Positions 60,492 to 64,000 of a DNA stretch of 64,000 nucleotides are shown piece after piece (position 1 is the first letter of the stretch; each line of letters opens with the position of its first letter). The position numbers and the translations under genes are program-made. The stretch comes from a virus (taxonomy: Duplodnaviria; Caudoviricetes). The notes beneath the pieces are model-generated. The model made no database searches and was not told the DNA's origin. It saw only the letters and a program-made list of their open reading frames with translations. Where the stretch lies: the IMG/VR virus record IMGVR_UViG_3300037067_018912, positions 192,001 through 256,000 of that record. One strand, written 5' to 3'.

Positions 60492-61268
60492 ATGAAAAAA
60501 ACAACAAGACGGAGACTTTTCGAAGTGGTACAAAGGCTCGACAAGACGTTCAAACCCACATCAAGGTTTAAATTAAATGAAACCGGGGAATGGGCGAACG
60601 ATGAAGACGATCTTGCATGGATTGAAATGTTAAAAAGTGAGGTTCAAAAAATCGAATCCGCAACCAATGGCAAATTGGAACTTATTGATGTCAGAGGATT
60701 CGATAAATACCAAGGACCATACGCCCAAGTTAAGATTAACGGTAGGAATTACAGGATTTGGACAGCAGGTGAAGGGGATTATCCTCTTCTTTGGATTGAT
60801 AATTATCCTGTTGACAATACTTCGGCGGAAGGAATGAACCCCGGATATGCGGGAACGCCGGAAATGATTATAGAACTCCTTAACTCACAAACTCCGGTGA
60901 CCGAGAATCTCTCAAGCAATCGCTTGAATGTTAACGATATATTGGACAATTACCTTGAAGCCGCTTTTTGGACAGAAGAACAACAAAATCCTGAACTGCA
61001 AAATAAGATGGTTAGCGATATTGATTCGGCTTCGCTCCAAAAAACGAAAAATGATATTATGCAGTTTCTTCGGACGGCATTGCAACAAGCCGGAGAGGAA
61101 TTAAAAACTTATGATTCCAAAAGTATCGGCCACAATCTTTGGCTGTCAAGAAATGGACACGGGGCGGGTTTTTTCGATGACAACAACGATAAATTGCAGG
61201 ACATTGCCAGAAACATGAAATCCAGTGACTTATACATCGGCGACGATGGAAAAGTCTATCTCACATAA
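60492..61268 (+). CDS. Leader-bearing putative head polyprotein
   Basis: MKKTTRRRLFEVVQRLDKTF...KLNE; C-terminal GHNLWLSRNGHGAGFFD domain. Confidence 0.7.
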   Translation: MKKTTRRRLFEVVQRLDKTFKPTSRFKLNETGEWANDEDDLAWIEMLKSEVQKIESATNGKLELIDVRGFDKYQGPYAQVKINGRNYRIWTAGEGDYPLLWIDNYPVDNTSAEGMNPGYAGTPEMIIELLNSQTPVTENLSSNRLNVNDILDNYLEAAFWTEEQQNPELQNKMVSDIDSASLQKTKNDIMQFLRTALQQAGEELKTYDSKSIGHNLWLSRNGHGAGFFDDNNDKLQDIARNMKSSDLYIGDDGKVYLT

Positions 61269-61295
61269 AAATTTTTTAAAAAATATTCAAAATAA

Positions 61296-61334
61296 TTTGT
61301 TTGTATTGTAACATTTTTTACCTTTGCCTCGTAT
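61296..61334 (+). promoter_or_regulatory. Promoter(s) of tRNA array 2
   Basis: TTTG (61296-61299), 19 nt, TACCTTTG (61319-61326); overlapping TGTAAC-N16-TCGTAT. Confidence 0.7.
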
Positions 61335-61372
61335 TTAGACTTGAACGATTATAAACAACAAGAATTTTTAAA

Positions 61373-61465
61373 ATGAAAAAGATGCTCGACATATTAGTAG
61401 TCCTATCAGTGGCCGTCCTGTTGTGGGATGATGCTGCAGAGGAAAAACTACATGAAGTCGGGTAA
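61373..61465 (+). CDS. Attenuator leader peptide 2: MKKMLDILVVLSVAVLLWDDAAEEKLHEVG
   Basis: 18 of codons 5-24 are L/V/A/D/E/W; the 3' end carries the antiterminator strand TGAAGTCGGGT. Confidence 0.85.
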   Translation: MKKMLDILVVLSVAVLLWDDAAEEKLHEVG

Positions 61466-61500
61466 TATTGGATACTTATTACATCTCCTTTCCTAACACG

Positions 61501-61535
61501 AAAAGACCCGGCTTCAAAAAAGACCGGGTTTTTTT
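61501..61535 (+). terminator. Attenuator terminator 2
   Basis: GACCCGG (61505-61511) pairs with CCGGGTT (61524-61530), followed by a T run. Confidence 0.88.
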
Positions 61536-61551
61536 GTTTTCGGGGAGATGA

Positions 61552-61564
61552 AGTTCTTTGACAT
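61552..61564 (+). promoter_or_regulatory. boxA-like antitermination site
   Basis: AGTTCTTTGACAT between the attenuator and the first tRNA. Confidence 0.65.
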
Positions 61565-61574
61565 GCTGGAATTT

Positions 61575-61649
61575 GGTGCGTTAGTTCAGATTGGTTAGAA
61601 TATCGGCCTGTCACGCCGAGGGTCATGGGTTCAAGTCCCATACGCACCG
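61575..61649 (+). tRNA. tRNA-Asp(GTC)
   Basis: TCGGC-CT-GTC-AC-GCCGA; G73. Confidence 0.93.
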
Positions 61650-61713
61650 CAAAACGCTTATCGGAAGGTAGGCGAAGCAAGGTCGTTTGAATACGTAATA
61701 GAACGATCTTGAA

Positions 61714-61787
61714 AGTCCTGTAGTTTATACGGGTGTGAATGCCCCTGCGCACGGGGGTGGTTGCTGGTTCAAATCCAGTCAGGACTG
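61714..61787 (+). tRNA. tRNA-like RNA with non-canonical anticodon arm
   Basis: Perfect acceptor AGTCCTG/CAGGACT and normal T arm; anticodon arm CCCCTGCGCACGGGGG lacks a standard 7-nt U33 loop. Confidence 0.55.
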
Positions 61788-61792
61788 CAAAT

Positions 61793-61868
61793 CGTTTCGT
61801 CGGCCTCTTCGGAGAGGAACTGGCCTGTCACGTCAGTAAAATAGAGGGTTCGAATCCCTCCGGGACGG
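61793..61868 (+). tRNA. tRNA-Asp(GTC), atypical D arm
   Basis: CTGGC-CT-GTC-AC-GTCAG; D arm CCTCT-TCGG-AGAGG. Confidence 0.75.
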
Positions 61869-61870
61869 CA

Positions 61871-61992
61871 AAATATCAGAACAATGAAAGTATTGGTTCG
61901 AGTCCAAGGTGGGATAATTCAGATGGCGCAGTAATGCTAAAAGTATTCCTGAACATCCTACCGCAAGGTAAAACGGATGCCTTCTGATATTT
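61871..61992 (+). ncRNA. Candidate structured RNA
   Basis: Closed by an 11-bp AAATATCAGAA/TTCTGATATTT stem; contains a T-arm-like TTGG-TTCGAGT-CCAA and a GCAA-capped hairpin. Confidence 0.5.
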
Positions 61993-61997
61993 TATAT

Positions 61998-62073
61998 GCT
62001 GCGTTCGGCAAGTCCGGTTCAAGCCACCAGACCTTCAATCTGGTCATCATGGGTTCAAATCCCATACGCAGTA
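61998..62073 (+). tRNA. tRNA-Glu(TTC) with C33
   Basis: CCAGA-CC-TTC-AA-TCTGG. Confidence 0.78.
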
Positions 62074-62099
62074 CAATCCTCGAAAATCAGTGGTTATCA

Positions 62100-62268
62100 T
62101 TTGTCCGCTGAAGACAAACAGTAAAGCAAAAAAATCGGGGCATACCCCCGCATCAGAGAGTCACTGAAACTTTACAACCCTTCCAAGAGGGTGTCGTTTG
62201 TTGAAAGATGCATAGTTTCCTCATAATTAAGGAGGTATTGCATTCCAACTTGGTAGTGGACGGACAAT
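62100..62268 (+). ncRNA. Candidate multibranch RNA
   Basis: Stems TTGTCCG/CGGACAA (closing), GACAAAC/GTTTGTT and ATGCA/TGCAT. Confidence 0.4.
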
Positions 62269-62271
62269 CAT

Positions 62272-62343
62272 GCTCGGTTCTTCTAACGGTCAGGAATTCG
62301 GGTTTTCATCCCGGCAATGGGGGTTCGATTCCCCCACCGAGTA
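62272..62343 (+). tRNA. tRNA-Glu(TTC)
   Basis: TCGGG-TT-TTC-AT-CCCGG. Confidence 0.88.
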
Positions 62344-62348
62344 CTAAT

Positions 62349-62412
62349 AATGTTGGTTATATCATACATTAAGTGGTAAAATTAAGGTTAATGTTGGTTA
62401 TATCATACATTA
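62349..62412 (+). repeat. Direct repeat, 2 x 23 nt
   Basis: AATGTTGGTTATATCATACATTA at 62349 and 62390. Confidence 0.85.
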
Positions 62413-62448
62413 TGGAGTGTTTTTGTTAAACATATTTTACATTATCAT

Positions 62449-62521
62449 GTTCGGTTCTTCTAACTGGCCAGGAAAATAGGTTCTCAGCCTAAGAATAAGG
62501 GTTCGACCCCCTTACCGAATA
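62449..62521 (+). tRNA. tRNA-Glu(CTC)
   Basis: TAGG-TT-CTC-AG-CCTA. Confidence 0.85.
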
Positions 62522-62527
62522 CTTGAA

Positions 62528-62605
62528 GTCCTTTTAGTTCAGTTGGTTCAGAATGCCGCTTTCACAGAGCGGAGGTCGTTGGTTCGAATCCAACAAAGGA
62601 CACCA
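62528..62605 (+). tRNA. tRNA-Val(CAC)
   Basis: CCGCT-TT-CAC-AG-AGCGG; encoded CCA. Confidence 0.9.
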
Positions 62606-62695
62606 AATCAAACAAAAGCCAGTAAATGGCATTTAGTGTCTTTTGTTTGAAATTGGCAACGAACGATATTTAGTGCCAAAATTGTGATAATTTTC

Positions 62696-62769
62696 GCTCC
62701 TTTAACTCAGTCCGGGAGAGTGTCTGCCTTACATGCAGAAAGTCGGGGGTTCAAACCCCTCAAGGAGCA
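62696..62769 (+). tRNA. tRNA-Val(TAC)
   Basis: TCTGC-CT-TAC-AT-GCAGA. Confidence 0.92.
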
Positions 62770-62822
62770 CAAAACTATAAATCGGCAGCAAACGGCATTT
62801 AGTGCCGATTTATAGTTTACAA

Positions 62823-62897
62823 GTCCCTTTAGTTCAGTTGGTTCAGAACATCACCTTGACAGGGTGGGGGTCGTTGGTTCGAATCCAACAGGGGACA
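62823..62897 (+). tRNA. tRNA-Val(GAC)
   Basis: TCACC-TT-GAC-AG-GGTGG. Confidence 0.9.
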
Positions 62898-62995
62898 CAT
62901 GGGTTTGCAGACTTGGACAACAAATATGTCGGCAATTGCCAATATATCTTCCAACAAGATATAATACGCTGATATTGGTCTGTGAACCTATACCT

Positions 62996-63079
62996 CTCAT
63001 TGTGGTGGAATTGGTAGACACGTGCGTTCGAGGGGCGCATGCACGAAAGTGTTTGCGGGTTCAACTCCCGCCGATGAGA
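62996..63079 (+). tRNA. tRNA-Leu(GAG) with C33
   Basis: TGCGT-TC-GAG-GG-GCGCA; long variable arm; A73. Confidence 0.8.
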
Positions 63080-63087
63080 CAATAAAT

Positions 63088-63161
63088 GCGGACGTAGCCG
63101 AATTGGCATAGGCGTCAGTCTTAGGAACTGATTTTTGTGGGTTCAAGTCCCACCGTCCGTA
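63088..63161 (+). tRNA. tRNA-Leu(TAG), short variable loop
   Basis: TCAGT-CT-TAG-GA-ACTGA; variable loop TTTTT; 74 nt. Confidence 0.85.
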
Positions 63162-63303
63162 CAAAAGGTGCATGACAGCAATAAGCAGTTTGGACTGCAT
63201 CACCTGTGCCGAGTTATCCTTAAATGTGAAGGAGTAATACCTTCTGAGTCTTTACATGACACTGCTTTATGTGTATTGGTTGGATAACTAAAAAGGCACA
63301 CAT

Positions 63304-63377
63304 GCAGATGTAGCCGAACTGGTATAGGCAATCGTTTCAGGGGCGATAATCTGCGGGTTCGACTCCCGCCATCTGTA
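63304..63377 (+). tRNA. tRNA-Leu(CAG), short variable loop
   Basis: ATCGT-TT-CAG-GG-GCGAT; variable loop AATCT; 74 nt. Confidence 0.85.
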
Positions 63378-63458
63378 CGACCTTATTTTGGGTAACGAAG
63401 CCAATAGTCCCAAACACTCAGGTAGAAAATAATGGTTTCTGCATAAGGACAACTATAT

Positions 63459-63532
63459 GGGGTCGTAGCATAACTGGCTAATGCACCTGCCTTGCAAGCA
63501 GGGGACTGAGGGTTCAAGTCCCTTCGATTCCA
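63459..63532 (+). tRNA. tRNA-Ala(TGC)
   Basis: CCTGC-CT-TGC-AA-GCAGG; G3:U70. Confidence 0.92.
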
Positions 63533-63601
63533 CGCTGTCGGGTTTTTCGCACTTTTAGATTTCCGTGAGGTCAATTGACTGAGAAAGAAAAAGTGCAATT
63601 T

Positions 63602-63676
63602 GGGTCATTAGTTTAGACGGCTAAAACACTTGGTTTGCACCCAGGAGATCACGAGTTCGAGGCTCGTATGTATCCA
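63602..63676 (+). tRNA. tRNA-Ala(TGC), bulged acceptor stem
   Basis: CTTGG-TT-TGC-AC-CCAGG; G3:U70. Confidence 0.75.
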
Positions 63677-63741
63677 CCTGACGGGACTGTTTAGGATTTT
63701 CATAGGACTCCCAATGCAGTGCGCATAGAAAATCCAATTCC

Positions 63742-63815
63742 GGGGTCGTAGTTCAAATGGATAGAGCACCTGCCTGGCAGGCAGGGGGTTGAGGGTTCAA
63801 GTCCCTTCGATTCCA
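63742..63815 (+). tRNA. tRNA-Ala(GGC)
   Basis: CCTGC-CT-GGC-AG-GCAGG. Confidence 0.92.
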
Positions 63816-63881
63816 CTGAGACAGACTGTTAGGATTTCATAGTACCTGCTGCGTGTGGGTAGAAGCGTAGAAATTCAAATT

Positions 63882-63955
63882 GGGGTATTGGTTCAGATGG
63901 CTACAACGTCTGCTCCGCAAGCAGAAGACCGGGGGTTCGAGTCCCCCATACTCCA
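63882..63955 (+). tRNA. tRNA-Ala(CGC) with C33
   Basis: TCTGC-TC-CGC-AA-GCAGA; G3:U70. Confidence 0.85.
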
Positions 63956-63960
63956 CAACA

Positions 63961-64000
63961 AATGTAGTAGCATCCATTGGTGAGGTAAGCGGTCTCCAAA
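63961..64000 (+). tRNA. Probable tRNA-Trp(CCA), truncated by window end
   Basis: ...GCGGT-CT-CCA-AA at the window edge. Confidence 0.6.

Noticed and set aside
61373-61465. Type I toxin or small membrane protein
   Set aside because: It is hydrophobic, but the codon match to downstream tRNAs, the antiterminator pairing and the parallel with leader 1 explain it better. This alternative is not fully excluded.
61998-62073. tRNA-Sec or opal suppressor (TCA)
   Set aside because: The stem register CCAGA/TCTGG centres TTC; there is no long arm, and it sits in the Glu block.
62100-62268. Canonical hammerhead ribozyme
   Set aside because: CTGAAGA and GAAA are present, but the stem II closing pair and cleavage-site geometry do not fit the consensus.
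62349-62412. Mini-CRISPR
   Set aside because: Only two repeats with an 18-nt gap.
62996-63079. tRNA-Ser(CGA)
   Set aside because: That register needs a G-G pair; the D arm, A73 and the neighbouring genes fit Leu(GAG).
57211-63598. ORF-track ORFs overlapping tRNAs (e.g. 57211-57411, 57681-57947, 61318-61752, 62843-63109)
   Set aside because: These are shadow translations of tRNA genes.
1-64000. Stop-codon reassignment
   Set aside because: Core genes are full length in the standard code, and no suppressor tRNA was seen.

Overview
This window is part of a large T4-like (myovirus, probably jumbo) phage genome. The host is probably a Bacteroidota member, judged from TAnnTTTG promoters and a Bacteroidota-type lipoprotein. 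It holds most of the virion module (tape-measure start, frameshifted tail chaperone, tube, sheath, neck, major capsid, scaffold, prohead protease, portal, terminase, baseplate proteins). It also holds nucleotide-metabolism genes (PhoH, MazG, dUTPase, ThyA), a UvrD helicase, glycosyltransferases and two tRNA arrays at 57.2-58.7 kb and 61.6-64 kb. The main finding is that each tRNA array sits behind its own short leader-peptide ORF and a terminator/antiterminator switch, and the leader codons match the tRNAs downstream. Leader 1 (MRNLVHIQPQHQPPQVERGYYV) precedes a Pro/His/Gln-only array. Leader 2 (MKKMLDILVVLSVAVLLWDDAAEEKLHEVG) precedes an Asp/Glu/Val/Leu/Ala/Trp array. This looks like ribosome-mediated attenuation that would switch on replacement tRNAs when those tRNAs run short. 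Other findings are a family of at least 8 late proteins sharing a putative head-targeting N-terminal leader fused to varied cargo domains, a late promoter motif (GTATTTAT) that is the reverse complement of the T4 one, several structurally atypical tRNAs, and candidate ncRNAs. All calls were made by eye from the sequence and ORF track; no searches were run.
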